NCBI GenBank assembly: GCA_963843375.1
Contig: CAWJKT010000006.1
Coordinates: 1-64,000 of the forward strand
Origin: an uncultured Pseudomonadota bacterium
Lineage (GTDB): Bacteria > Oederibacteriota > Muellerivitia > Muellerivitales > Muellerivitaceae
Reading direction: 5' to 3'
DNA length: 64,000 nucleotides
Within the stretch, counting starts at the first letter, position 1, and each line of letters begins with the position of its first letter. Made by a program: the position numbers and the translations under genes. The notes beneath the pieces are model-generated. The model did not search any database. It saw only the letters and a program-made list of their open reading frames with translations, and was not told where the DNA came from. Below are positions 11,234-20,749 of the stretch, piece by piece.

Positions 11234-11719
11234 ATGAAAAATCAAAGTATCACCCATGCCTTTACGGTTGACCAAACTCCGGAAGAAGTTTTTGCCGTCA
11301 TTAATCATGTCCGTGGTTGGTGGTCAGGAAAGCCGGGCATTGAAGGCAGTACGGACAAGCTCGGTGATGAGTTTACGTTTCGTTACCAACCCCAACATTA
11401 TTCCAAACAAAAGGTAACGGAATTAATTCCCGGCAAAAAAATAGTTTGGCTTGTTTCGGTAAGTAAAATTAATGTTCTTAAGGACCAAAACGAATAAACA
11501 GGAACAAAAATGATTTTTGATATTGCTAAAAATGGAGCCAAAACCGAAGTTCGTTTCACTCACCAAGGTTTAACTCCTGAAGTGGAGTGTTTCAAATCCT
11601 GTTTAAGGGATTGGGGCTGGTATATTAACGTTAGCTTGCGGAAATTAATTACCACCAGTTTGGAGAAGGCCAACCAGAAAGAAAAAACTGTAAAAATCAT
11701 GAATACGTCCAATTCTTGA
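11234..11719 (+). pseudogene. Second SRPBCC paralog with in-frame TAA at 11495-11497
   Basis: Colinear with 10567-11025; the stop lies where the paralog has Trp (EWNGTK). Confidence 0.75.
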
Positions 11720-11737
11720 AAAACCTATAAACAGGTT

Positions 11738-11763
11738 GTCCACGACGGAGACTCATCCTGGAC
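11738..11763 (-). repeat. Cassette-boundary site 2
   Basis: GTCCACGACG-GAGACT-CATCCTGGAC. Confidence 0.8.
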
Positions 11764-11798
11764 GACTATTAACATCCAAAACAGGAGGAAGAAGTAAG

Positions 11799-12653
11799 AT
11801 GCCAGATAAAGAAACTGTAGCTCCAGAAAGCACAGCCTTGCGGGTCGCCTTGTGGCGGGCCATCCATGTTCAATTCGATCCGTTGCCCCATGTTCTCGAA
11901 GACGAGATTGGCCTGAAGCTGGCCGCCCCGACGGAGGGCTGGCGTGACCGCCCGGACATGAACCCGCACTACACCGCCCGCTTCCGGGCTGCCATCGTGG
12001 CCCGTGCCCGTTTTATTGAGGATTTAGTATTAGAAAAAGTGGACCAGGGCGTGGGGCAGTACGTTATTTTGGGGGCAGGCCTTGACACCTTCGCCCAACG
12101 CAGACCCGACCTCGGCTCAAGCTTGAAAATATTCGAGGTTGATCCTCCCGGTCCCCAGGCCTGGAAGCGTCAACGCCTCCTAGAACTCGGTTATGGCATT
12201 CCGGATTGGCTCCAGTTCGTGCCTGTCGATTTTGAGGCGGGTTCATCCTGGTGGAATCAGATTAAGACCGCCGGTTTCAAAGCGGACCAGAGCGCGGTGG
12301 TGTCCTCCACCGGCGTCAGCATGTACCTTACCAAAGAAGCCATAGTGGCCTCTTTGCGCCAGGTCGCCAAGCTCGCCCGGGGCTCTACCTTGGCGATGAC
12401 TTACATTTTGCCCATGGAACTGATGGACCCTGAAGAACGCGTCGGGTTTGAGATGGCGGAAAAGGGCGCGCGCGCTAGCGGAACACCCTTCATCAGTTTT
12501 TTCACTCCGACTCAAATCATGGCCATGGCCCACGAAGCCGGTTTCAAAGAAGTTCGGTGTGTCTCCGGGGCCGATTTGACTCGACGCTATTTCGCCGGCC
12601 GAACAGACGGCCTTCGTGCGGGCTCCGAAGAACTTCTAATAGCGACTACCTAA
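11799..12653 (+). CDS. SAM-dependent methyltransferase (leucine carboxyl methyltransferase-like)
   Basis: ARARFIED, QYVILGAGLDT, FEVD and VPVDF motifs. Confidence 0.88.
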   Translation: MPDKETVAPESTALRVALWRAIHVQFDPLPHVLEDEIGLKLAAPTEGWRDRPDMNPHYTARFRAAIVARARFIEDLVLEKVDQGVGQYVILGAGLDTFAQRRPDLGSSLKIFEVDPPGPQAWKRQRLLELGYGIPDWLQFVPVDFEAGSSWWNQIKTAGFKADQSAVVSSTGVSMYLTKEAIVASLRQVAKLARGSTLAMTYILPMELMDPEERVGFEMAEKGARASGTPFISFFTPTQIMAMAHEAGFKEVRCVSGADLTRRYFAGRTDGLRAGSEELLIATT

Positions 12654-12834
12654 GTTTAAAAATCAAAAAGCGAGTTGATAATGAGGTTTATGACCCCGTT
12701 TCGGGCAGGACCTCTCGGCCCTATGCCGGGGGCTGACTTCCAGGCTCTCTGCTGATTACCTGGTCAGGACTTGGGTCGGCCCTCTTCGACCTATTCCCTC
12801 ACCTGCTGGCTCTACAAACCTTCGCTGGCACGCT

Positions 12835-12857
12835 GTCCACGACGAGGATCAGTGGAC
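12835..12857 (-). repeat. Cassette-boundary site 3 (3 bp short)
   Basis: GTCCACGACG-AGG-ATCAGTGGAC. Confidence 0.65.
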
Positions 12858-12881
12858 AAGAGGTAGAAGCACAAAAGCTAA

Positions 12882-13310
12882 ATGAATTGGTTTAACCATA
12901 ACCCGGGGTTTGTCGGAGAAATTTCGAAAATGATAGATAAACCAGCCAGAACAACGCTGTCTGAATCTTTGCACCATTTGGTGAGCGGACAGATAACGAA
13001 TCACCAATTCGATAACAAGGCGCCTCTCCGGTCAAAAGACAGGGCCATTCAAGCCATTCGTCTTAGAGCGTGGCATTTGTACGATGATTTGAGGCAATAC
13101 AAACTCAAGGGTAAATACGCTATTCCAACAAAAGACAAAAGCATTATCGCCAGATGGCTTTTGTTTCTCAAAACCGATTTAGAATACGAATGGCCAACCC
13201 ATCCGTCCGAGACCTGGTGGGGCATGTTACTCAGCCTGTTCAGTTTGACTTTAATTCCGAAAATATTTTGGAATAGAAAATGGACGCATTCAGGTAATTC
13301 TAAATTTTGA
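12882..13310 (+). CDS. Hypothetical protein
   Basis: 142 aa ORF occupying one inter-site interval; WHLYDD and LFLKTDLEYEWP motifs. Confidence 0.65.
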   Translation: MNWFNHNPGFVGEISKMIDKPARTTLSESLHHLVSGQITNHQFDNKAPLRSKDRAIQAIRLRAWHLYDDLRQYKLKGKYAIPTKDKSIIARWLLFLKTDLEYEWPTHPSETWWGMLLSLFSLTLIPKIFWNRKWTHSGNSKF

Positions 13311-13405
13311 CCAATTATCAGGAAAATGATTTTAAAAAGACTCGGAGAACGCCAAGACTCCTTAGCGGCGCTGGTCGGAGCTAGAGGTGGGGTAAGAAAA
13401 TGTCT

Positions 13406-13430
13406 GTCCACGGCGGGACCCGTCGTGGAC
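13406..13430 (-). repeat. Cassette-boundary site 4
   Basis: GTCCACGGC-GGGACC-CGTCGTGGAC (1 bp short). Confidence 0.85.
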
Positions 13431-13515
13431 AACCTAAGAAGTCAATAAACAAGTACTTGCCACGGTGAAACTTCGAGCGTACAATGTACATCATCATGTA
13501 CATAAGGAGTCGCTC

Positions 13516-13797
13516 ATGACACCAGCTAGCTTTACCATTGCACAGGCCCGCATCCATTTTCCTGGGCTCATCCACGACGCGGAAAAAGGGAAGCCGGTGG
13601 AGATAACCCGGCGAGGAAAGCCCGTTGCTGTATTGGTTTCAGTGGATGCCTACCGGCATTTGACCTCACCCCGCCTCGGGTTTTGGGACATTGTTTTGAC
13701 CTTCCGTGGACGTATTAAGGCGGGTAAGGCCGGTTTGGAACCTAAAGATCTCCGGGGGATCCGTGAAACCGGACCCGGAAGAGAATTTAAGTGGTGA
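13516..13797 (+). CDS. Phd/YefM family antitoxin
   Basis: AQARIHFPGLI..PVEITRRGKPVAVLVS; AAGGAG RBS; two ATGTACAT palindromes upstream. Confidence 0.9.
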   Translation: MTPASFTIAQARIHFPGLIHDAEKGKPVEITRRGKPVAVLVSVDAYRHLTSPRLGFWDIVLTFRGRIKAGKAGLEPKDLRGIRETGPGREFKW

Positions 13798-14225
13798 CGC
13801 CCCGATACTTGTTAGACACCAATGTTGTTTCGGAAGCGGCCCGGGTAAAACCAAATCCCAACGTGATGAGAAGGCTTGAACGGCACAAAGACGAACTGGT
13901 AATCGCAAGTATCGTTTGGCATGAACTCGTCTTCGGTTGCGACCGCTTGCCACCCTCCGAAAAACGGACCCTATTAGAGGTATTCCTTTCGGAATTAGCA
14001 AACTCCTCCATGCTCATTTTTCCTTATGACACGGAAGCGGCTGCTTGGCACGGCCGGGAGCGTGCCCGCTTATCCCGGCTGGGTCTAACACCGGCTTTCG
14101 CTGATGGGCAGATTGCTTCCATCGCGAAAGTCCATGATCTGATCCTGGTCACCAACAACACCAGGAATTACCGCCATTTCGATCAACTAAAGATGGAGGA
14201 TTGGCACGGCACGGTTAAAAATTAA
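13791..14225 (+). CDS. vapC: VapC family PIN-domain toxin
   Basis: YLLDTNVVSE, DGQIASIA and LVTNN motifs; overlaps the antitoxin stop. Confidence 0.92.
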   Translation: MVTPRYLLDTNVVSEAARVKPNPNVMRRLERHKDELVIASIVWHELVFGCDRLPPSEKRTLLEVFLSELANSSMLIFPYDTEAAAWHGRERARLSRLGLTPAFADGQIASIAKVHDLILVTNNTRNYRHFDQLKMEDWHGTVKN

Positions 14226-14236
14226 AAAACGGGGTT

Positions 14237-14262
14237 GTCCACGTCGGGGACCCGGATTGGAC
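14237..14262 (-). repeat. Cassette-boundary site 5
   Basis: GTCCACGTCG-GGGACC-CGGATTGGAC. Confidence 0.85.
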
Positions 14263-14299
14263 AAACCAAGAACAATATAAAGCGCCATCGTGGAAACTT

Positions 14300-14551
14300 T
14301 TTGCCGCAGGAGGCGGAAGGAATCGGGGCGGCGGGGACCTTATAGGCCACGCTTTGACGCAGAATCAAATGGGCTATCCAGCGGGCATGGCCATATCGAA
14401 GTTCATGTTTTTTCATGAGCCGGGTGATCAAAAGCCAGGCCGTTAAATGGACGCGGAAGTTCACGGCTTTTTTAACGGCGAGACAACCAAAATACCCAGC
14501 GTTTGTTACCGCACTGGTTTTGAGGCGGTCGAGACAAGCTTTAAAGAACAT
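14300..14551 (-). pseudogene. Degenerate copy of the DUF4287-like N-terminus of the adjacent gene (3' end approximate)
   Basis: MFFKACLDRLK..LRYGHARWIAHLIL aligns with MSFKAYLDSIK..LGYGHANVIAHLIL. Confidence 0.55.
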
Positions 14552-14563
14552 GGCTTCTGCTCG

Positions 14564-15112
14564 TTAAACCGCATCGTAGGCTTGTTTCAGCCAATTCATT
14601 ATTTCTGCGTCGATCTGTTTGGGATCGGCAATTCGTACGCGGTGTGTGACCATGGCATTCCATGAACCCGCTATCTCCAGACGCCCAGACGCTTTTATCC
14701 CTTTCAGTTTAATACCGATGTCGAAACGATCCGCCGAAGAGGGCTGAAGAATGGCAAATTTCTTCTTACTGCGGGTTAAGTTGATATAAGTTCCTCCGGG
14801 GGAAATCTCCACATCCTTTCCAAAATTCGCCACTTTGGCTGTTAAAGCATTGTAAGATTCGCGCCACTGCGCCTTCTTGCCGGAAAAAAGGCCGGAAAGT
14901 TTGTCTCCTTTGGTTGGAGCCGCTTCGCCGTGGTGCAAAATCAGGTGCGCGATGACATTGGCATGGCCGTAACCCAAGTCGAATTCCTTTTTCAACCAGG
15001 CCATTAAATCAGCGCGATTGGCCAAGCCCTTTTTAATGGCCAGCAGGCGGAAATCCTCCGGCGCGTTACCAGTTTTTTCTTTAATGCTATCTAGATAAGC
15101 TTTAAAAGACAT
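14564..15112 (-). CDS. DUF4287/DUF5655-like domain protein
   Basis: WLKKEFDLGYGHAN N-terminal domain; YINL..KFA..THRVRI..WLKQAY C-terminal domain. Confidence 0.75.
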   Translation of the reverse strand: MSFKAYLDSIKEKTGNAPEDFRLLAIKKGLANRADLMAWLKKEFDLGYGHANVIAHLILHHGEAAPTKGDKLSGLFSGKKAQWRESYNALTAKVANFGKDVEISPGGTYINLTRSKKKFAILQPSSADRFDIGIKLKGIKASGRLEIAGSWNAMVTHRVRIADPKQIDAEIMNWLKQAYDAV

Positions 15113-15125
15113 TGCACACTCCTTT

Positions 15126-15530
15126 TTATTTTCGAATCGGCAGAAAGTCGTGAAGCTCTTTATCCCTGAGATACAAACTCAACCAAACCAAAATTCCAAA
15201 TACGACCGGGAATAAAAAAGGATGGCCGGGAGCAGCCATGCGCACCATCGAATCGGTCGCGCCGCCCAGCCAGCCCGTCAGCAAAATGGCGCCAAGAACC
15301 GATGTGCGGGGGATGGCGTAAAGGGCCGTACAGAAAAGCAAAGTAACGCCCAATGGAACCGCGACATCCGGCTGGTATCCGCCTTTGGCCATGGCATCCA
15401 TGACGTGGCTTTCCTGAATCACTTTGGTGACACCATCAAAAATAAGGAACAAGACACAAATCGTGCTAATCACGCGGCCTGTTATCAAAGCCTTTTTTGA
15501 ATAACCTTCTGTTTTGTTCGTTTGCATCAC
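15126..15530 (-). CDS. DoxX family membrane protein
   Basis: LYAIPRTSVLGAILLTGWLGGA; four hydrophobic helices. Confidence 0.85.
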   Translation of the reverse strand: MMQTNKTEGYSKKALITGRVISTICVLFLIFDGVTKVIQESHVMDAMAKGGYQPDVAVPLGVTLLFCTALYAIPRTSVLGAILLTGWLGGATDSMVRMAAPGHPFLFPVVFGILVWLSLYLRDKELHDFLPIRK

Positions 15531-15576
15531 ATCCTCCTTTTCGAATGTCTAATTTTTTTATGAACGACTATTCCTG

Positions 15577-16170
15577 TTAATCTCCAACAAAACCTGTTTT
15601 GACTTCGCCGACCCGCTGGTAATGGGCAAAAATTACTCCGGTGGAGGTCACTAAACTCTCGGTTAAGGTAAAGGCCGCCGGAATCGCGCCGTCGAACAAT
15701 TTTTTTCCCTTGCCCAGCGTTAGGGGGTAAATTTTGAGCGAGAGTTCGTCCACCAGATCATTTTTCAGCAACAAATGAACCAGCTCACTGCTGCCCCAAA
15801 CTTGAATGTCAAAACCGTCGGTTTTTTTAAGCTTTTTGATATCCGCAAGGCTTTTGAGGAAAACCGTGTTTTTCCAATCTGACTTTTTCAGGGTCTTGGA
15901 CAGGACGTACTTTGTGCCGTTATTGATGCCAGGCCAAAAGTCCGCGTGGTTAGGCCAGAAGGGCTCCCAGATCTTGAACGTTTTTCTACCCAAAAGATAA
16001 TCCGTGGGTTTCGAAAGTTGTTCCTGGATTTTCTTCTTCCCCACTTGGTCACCATGAGGCGCGGTCCAACCGCCATATTTGAAAACGCCTGATTTATCTT
16101 CCTCAGGTCCACCGGGCGCTTGCATGACTCCATCTAATGTAATCATCGATAAGACAATAATTTTTCTCAT
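15577..16170 (-). CDS. Dihydrofolate reductase family (RibD C-terminal) protein
   Basis: ITLDGVMQAPGG, LLGRKT, GSSEL and LVDEL..P..LGKGKKLF motifs. Confidence 0.9.
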   Translation of the reverse strand: MRKIIVLSMITLDGVMQAPGGPEEDKSGVFKYGGWTAPHGDQVGKKKIQEQLSKPTDYLLGRKTFKIWEPFWPNHADFWPGINNGTKYVLSKTLKKSDWKNTVFLKSLADIKKLKKTDGFDIQVWGSSELVHLLLKNDLVDELSLKIYPLTLGKGKKLFDGAIPAAFTLTESLVTSTGVIFAHYQRVGEVKTGFVGD

Positions 16171-16227
16171 TTAATTACAACCTCCAAAGTTTTTTGAAGC
16201 CCGGTTTTGAAATCCGGCTCTATCTTA

Positions 16228-16255
16228 ACGACGAACGGGAAAGGGAAAAATCGAC
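16228..16255 (-). promoter_or_regulatory. Putative ECF-sigma promoter GTCGA-N14-GTTCGT
   Basis: Minus strand GTCGATTTTTCCCTTTCCCGTTCGTCGT; same motif and spacing at 18422-18449. Confidence 0.55.
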
Positions 16256-16271
16256 GGGGGTTATTTCTAAA

Positions 16272-17534
16272 TTATTGACCGCATTCGGCGGCGCGCTGTA
16301 AAAGCATCCGCCTTTCGCTTTCATTCTGGGTCAGTGAAGCGGCTCGCTCCATTTCGACGCGGGCTTCCTCAAAACGGCCTAACTTGGACAAAAAGTCGCC
16401 CCGCACGCTGGGAAGCAGGTGGTAATTTTTTAGCGCGGGCTCAGCCGCTAATTGGTCCACCAGTTCCAGTCCTACCGAGGGGCCAAAGGCCATGGCCAGC
16501 GCCACCGCCCGGTTGAGCTCAATAATGGGAGAAGGAGTTAACCAGCCCAACTCGTCATAAAGGGCCACAATGCCTTTCCAGTCTGTTTCCTCGGCGGTCT
16601 TGGCTTGAGCGTGGCAGACCGCGATGGCGGCTTGTAAAAAATAGGAACCCCTGGGGCGGGCCAGAGCCTCGGCCCGTTTCAACGAGGACAGCCCTCGGCG
16701 GATCAGCAGGTGGTCCCAACAGGCGCGGTTTTGGTCGAAAAGCAGGATGGGTTTTCCCTCCTTGTCCACCCGAGCCCCCAGGCCGGATGCCTGAATTTCC
16801 ATCAGGGCCACCAGACCGTGAACCTCCGGTTCCATCGGGACCAGTTCCGCCAAAATGCGGCCGAGGCGAAGAGCGTCCTCGCAAAGGGCCGGCCTGACCC
16901 AATCGCCCCCGGCCGTGGCCGAGTAGCCTTCATTGAAGATCAGGTATAAAACCTCCAGCACCGAGGAAAGGCGTCCAGCCAATTCCTCGCCCCGGGGAAC
17001 CTCGAATGGGATGTTGGCTTCCGAAAGTGTTTTTTTGGCCCGCACGATGCGTTGGGCCATGGTGGACTCGGGTACCAGAAAAGCCCGGGCGATTTCCTGG
17101 GTAGTCAAGCCGCCCAGAAGCCGGAGCGTCATTGCGACGCGGCCCTCGGGCGGCAAGACCGGATGGCAGGAGATGAAGACCAGTCGCAGCATGTCATCGC
17201 CAATGTCGTCGTCCATCGCATCGCTGATTTTCTTCCAATCCCTTTCCATCCGTTCATCCATTTCACGGCCCAACTCGTTATGTTTGCGCTCCAACATCGA
17301 TTTGCGGCGCAGCATGTCCAACGCACGGTTCTTGGCGGTGGTCATCAGCCAAGCGCCCGGTTTTTCGGGTATGTCCGTCTGGGGCCATTTCTCCAACGCG
17401 GCGACCAGCGCCTCCTGGGCGAAGTCTTCCGCAAGGCCCACGTCCCGGATCATATGGATGAGGACGGCAATGATCTTGGCCGACTCGATACGCCAGATCG
17501 CCTCGATTGCGCCGTAAGTATTGGACTCAGTCAA
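16272..17534 (-). CDS. ECF RNA polymerase sigma factor with C-terminal extension (DUF6596/TPR-like, YciI-associated)
   Basis: AEDFAQEA, WLMTTAKNRALD, LRLVFISCHP and LYLIFNEGY motifs. Confidence 0.9.
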   Translation of the reverse strand: MTESNTYGAIEAIWRIESAKIIAVLIHMIRDVGLAEDFAQEALVAALEKWPQTDIPEKPGAWLMTTAKNRALDMLRRKSMLERKHNELGREMDERMERDWKKISDAMDDDIGDDMLRLVFISCHPVLPPEGRVAMTLRLLGGLTTQEIARAFLVPESTMAQRIVRAKKTLSEANIPFEVPRGEELAGRLSSVLEVLYLIFNEGYSATAGGDWVRPALCEDALRLGRILAELVPMEPEVHGLVALMEIQASGLGARVDKEGKPILLFDQNRACWDHLLIRRGLSSLKRAEALARPRGSYFLQAAIAVCHAQAKTAEETDWKGIVALYDELGWLTPSPIIELNRAVALAMAFGPSVGLELVDQLAAEPALKNYHLLPSVRGDFLSKLGRFEEARVEMERAASLTQNESERRMLLQRAAECGQ

Positions 17535-17552
17535 GCCGGGCCGTCCTCAAAT

Positions 17553-17951
17553 TTATTTCGTTCCCGCATTTTTCTTCGCAGCTTCCACTTTGGCAATTAA
17601 ATCGGCTATCTCGCGTATCTGCCGGATTTCGACCGTTTCTCCCTGGATGAAAGGAATTCGTGAGGCCCATTCAATCGCTTCTTCCTTGGATTTGACCTGA
17701 ATAATCCAGTAACCGCCGATGAACTCTTTGGTCTCGATAAAGGGGCCGTCGGTCACCTTGGGTTTTCCATCAGTGTAAGATATCCGCGTACCCGCGGAAG
17801 GAGGATAGAGTCCGTTGAGCTCCAGCAGCACCCCGGCCTTCTGCAAACTTTCGTTATATTTCCCCATCAGCTCAATGGCTTTGGGGTCCGGCGTAAAGTC
17901 GGGCGCCACTTTTTCGTAATCTTTTGGTATTACCAGCATCATGAAACGCAT
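17553..17951 (-). CDS. YciI family protein
   Basis: VTDGPFIETKEFIGGYWIIQVKSKEEAIEWA. Confidence 0.9.
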   Translation of the reverse strand: MRFMMLVIPKDYEKVAPDFTPDPKAIELMGKYNESLQKAGVLLELNGLYPPSAGTRISYTDGKPKVTDGPFIETKEFIGGYWIIQVKSKEEAIEWASRIPFIQGETVEIRQIREIADLIAKVEAAKKNAGTK

Positions 17952-18015
17952 AATTGCCTCCTTGAGTTTAAAAGGTAAGTAAGTCTAGGCTTTCGCAAAT
18001 CCGACGGGGGGTTAG

Positions 18016-18352
18016 TCAATACTGGGGGAGCTCTCGCATCAAGGAAAAGCCCTCACCCGCAATTTCAATGAAGCGTTTGCCCCATTTTACCGCTTCTTCT
18101 TTCGACTCCACTTTGAAGATCGGCGAAGCCGGCGATCAATTCTTTGGCTTCCGTATAGGGCCCGTCCGTCACGGTTACTTTTCCTTCGGAATTTTTGATG
18201 ACGATGGCCGGTGCTTTTGTATCCCATCCACCTGTATCCACCAAGACCCCTAGTTTTGTCATTTCGCCGATCAGTTTTCCCATTTCAGCATAGTGATTTT
18301 GCCCCTGGGGAGCCGCATTCTTCACTGGGTGCCATAAAGCCATATATCGCAT
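18016..18352 (-). CDS. YciI family protein (frameshift near 18120)
   Basis: VTDGPYTEAKELIAGFA, continuing in another frame as KVESKEEAVKWGKRF..QY*. Confidence 0.75.
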
Positions 18353-18421
18353 AATAGTCTCCTTAATTTATTTAATTCAGGACAGTTCCAATCCCATCTG
18401 GTTGTTTCTGCCTGTATTTAT

Positions 18422-18449
18422 ACAACGAACAAGGGTGTTCTAAATCGAC
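18422..18449 (-). promoter_or_regulatory. Putative ECF-sigma promoter GTCGA-N14-GTTCGT
   Basis: Minus strand GTCGATTTAGAACACCCTTGTTCGTTGT upstream of the yciI-yciI-sigma operon. Confidence 0.55.
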
Positions 18450-18597
18450 AGAGACAAAAGGGCCAAAGACTCTTGTTTCATACTCCTATTTTCCATGTAT
18501 TTGACTACAAAATAAACCATATGGCTTGGCCATCCTTAAGGTTTTGTAGCCTCTATAATTGGTGATCTGTAAAACTTCCAACGAAGTGTAACGGGTT

Positions 18598-18623
18598 GTC
18601 CACGACGGGGACCCTGATTGGAC
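18598..18623 (-). repeat. Cassette-boundary site 6
   Basis: GTCCACGACG-GGGACC-CTGATTGGAC. Confidence 0.85.
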
Positions 18624-18696
18624 AGCAATTTCGAGGACGACCGAGAGGGGTATTTTTAGGGGAAATCATTTGAGGCATGTTGCGGTAATATATGCC

Positions 18697-20508
18697 ATGC
18701 CCTCCAGGCACCCCAACCCAAACCCACCGACTGTTTTCGAGGCTTATGAAAGCTTCGACCCCTTTCACGCCATCATCCATTATTACGTGGACCTGAATTG
18801 TTTCCTCATCGGCCCCTCCCTGCCCAGTTCATGGAGGAGTCTCAACCGGAGAATACGCCCGCTTTCCTTTTTTGAGTTGGAAAAGAAATACAGCAACCTG
18901 GACGCCAAGGGGAAATATTTGGAGGCCTGCGTCAGGAGATGCAAAAAGGAATACCGGTCGGTTTGCGGGACCTACCTGGGTTTTCGCGACCTGATCGTTC
19001 CTATTTTACAAAAAAAGAAAATCTTGGGATTTCTGGTGGCTGGTGCTTTCGCGGACCATGAACTGACGGAATCGGACGTCCGGGCCTGTTGGAAGGGCAT
19101 GACGAAAAGTGAAGTCTCCGCTTCCAGCCCGGATTTCCAGGAAATGACGCGGACCCTATTGGACATTCCCGTTTTAGACGAGGCGCTTCTAGGGTCCTAT
19201 CAAGAAACGCTAGAACTATTCGCCCAAATTCTCGCGGGAGAAAATGACTTGGGACCCATACGGGCGCGCTTAAACCATCTTCTTCGGAAGGTTTTCCCCC
19301 AAAAACTTCCCCACAGCTTTTTCCTGGCTTGGGCTCTGGGTCAGCCCACTTCCGAGTCCGTGCCCCCCTGGAGCCGGGAGATTGAGGGATGGCAATGGTT
19401 CCGGGAAGAGATCGGGCTCACCCGTGTTCCCACCACCGTGATCACGGTTATCCCGCGGGCTGTGGGGAAGCCTCTGGATCCCTTGGCGGCGGCCCTGCGG
19501 ATTTACCGTTTTCAACGGCAAAGCTTCCAATTCTCCAAAACCCTTCGTGAGACCGTGGGAGGAAAACTGGAAAATTATGGGGCGGTTTTCGTCACCTCGG
19601 TGGACCCCGGGCTCAACCGGCTCCAGCAAAAGAAACAAATTCAGGCAATTGCCGAAAGGATCTACCGGTTCGCGGTCAAGGAACTGGGAGGCCCGGTCCT
19701 AGTGGGCATCGGCGAAACCGTTCCACGGGGGGAGATCCTGGCCGAGTCTTTCCGCCAGGCGGTTCTGGCGCTCCATTTGGGGAGGCAGTCGGGCCGAGAA
19801 ATCGTGACCTACGACGCATCCGGAGAAAAGGGAACGAGGGACCTAACCGAACTCCACCGCCTCTTGTCTGTCCTGGCAGGTCAATTCTCAGCAGCGTCCC
19901 TGTCCAATATTGAAATCCTTCGGGATGGGTTCTTGAAACAGGTCCTGACCCTCTCGCTCCAAAATCCGGAGGAAATCCGCTGGCATTTCCAATATGCCCT
20001 CATGCAGTTGACCGACGCGGTTCAAAGGCGAGCCGATTGGAGCGAAAAGGAAGCCAAGGAAATTTATGAGGGCCTGGCTCTTCACTTGGAGAGGGCCGTC
20101 ACGACCCAGGAAATGGTCCTGGCTTTTCACCGGGCCCTGGACCAATTGGCTGAAAGGACAGAACGGAAGAATTCCTATATGCAAGCCAATTCCTTTGGAA
20201 GGGCGCGCGACTTCATCGACGACCATTACGGCGAATCCCTGAAGATTTCCCAGCTGGCGAAGATGGCCGGTGTTTCCGTTTCCACCTTCAGCCGTTATTT
20301 CAAAAAATTGGCCGGCATCGGACTGGAAGCTTACCTTCAAAACCGGCGGCTGGAAGAAGCCAAACGCCTGCTTCGAAACAGCAATCTTCCGGTCTACCGG
20401 ATTGGACGGGATTGCGGTTTCAAGTCCTATACCTACTTCGTGAAGCTTTTTGGGGCAAAAACCGGCCTCCCGCCCCAAAAGTTCAGGAAAAAATTCCAAA
20501 CCGTTTAA
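18697..20508 (+). CDS. AraC family regulator with N-terminal PocR-like sensor domain
   Basis: GFRDLIVPI..LGFLVAG segment; C-terminal AraC HTH (LAKMAGVSVSTFSRYFKK..CGFKSYTYF); start uncertain. Confidence 0.85.
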   Translation: MPSRHPNPNPPTVFEAYESFDPFHAIIHYYVDLNCFLIGPSLPSSWRSLNRRIRPLSFFELEKKYSNLDAKGKYLEACVRRCKKEYRSVCGTYLGFRDLIVPILQKKKILGFLVAGAFADHELTESDVRACWKGMTKSEVSASSPDFQEMTRTLLDIPVLDEALLGSYQETLELFAQILAGENDLGPIRARLNHLLRKVFPQKLPHSFFLAWALGQPTSESVPPWSREIEGWQWFREEIGLTRVPTTVITVIPRAVGKPLDPLAAALRIYRFQRQSFQFSKTLRETVGGKLENYGAVFVTSVDPGLNRLQQKKQIQAIAERIYRFAVKELGGPVLVGIGETVPRGEILAESFRQAVLALHLGRQSGREIVTYDASGEKGTRDLTELHRLLSVLAGQFSAASLSNIEILRDGFLKQVLTLSLQNPEEIRWHFQYALMQLTDAVQRRADWSEKEAKEIYEGLALHLERAVTTQEMVLAFHRALDQLAERTERKNSYMQANSFGRARDFIDDHYGESLKISQLAKMAGVSVSTFSRYFKKLAGIGLEAYLQNRRLEEAKRLLRNSNLPVYRIGRDCGFKSYTYFVKLFGAKTGLPPQKFRKKFQTV

Positions 20509-20749
20509 ACTGAAATCTTTCTGAGAGATTAGCTTTTTTCCCGATGTGAAATAAAAAATAATAAATGTAACGATAAAAACAAATTCTAGTTCGATCCTTG
20601 ATTGTGCCCCGGCCCTATTGGGGGTATATTTTTCTCAAGGCCTTTTAGTCCCGCGGCAGGGAAGCGCTTTCAAATACGGCCGAAAAATTCAGTGAAAATG
20701 AAATTTCATTGGGTGGGGTTTAAAGAAGTTCCAAAAGAGACAAGAGGAC

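Noticed and set aside
12680..12830. GC-rich intergenic stretch as an ncRNA
   Set aside because: No convincing fold or family motif; may be a gene remnant.
20659..20672. GGGAAGCGCTTTCA as a LacI/cre-like operator before GH74
   Set aside because: Single short imperfect match without clear copies before the other glycosidase genes.
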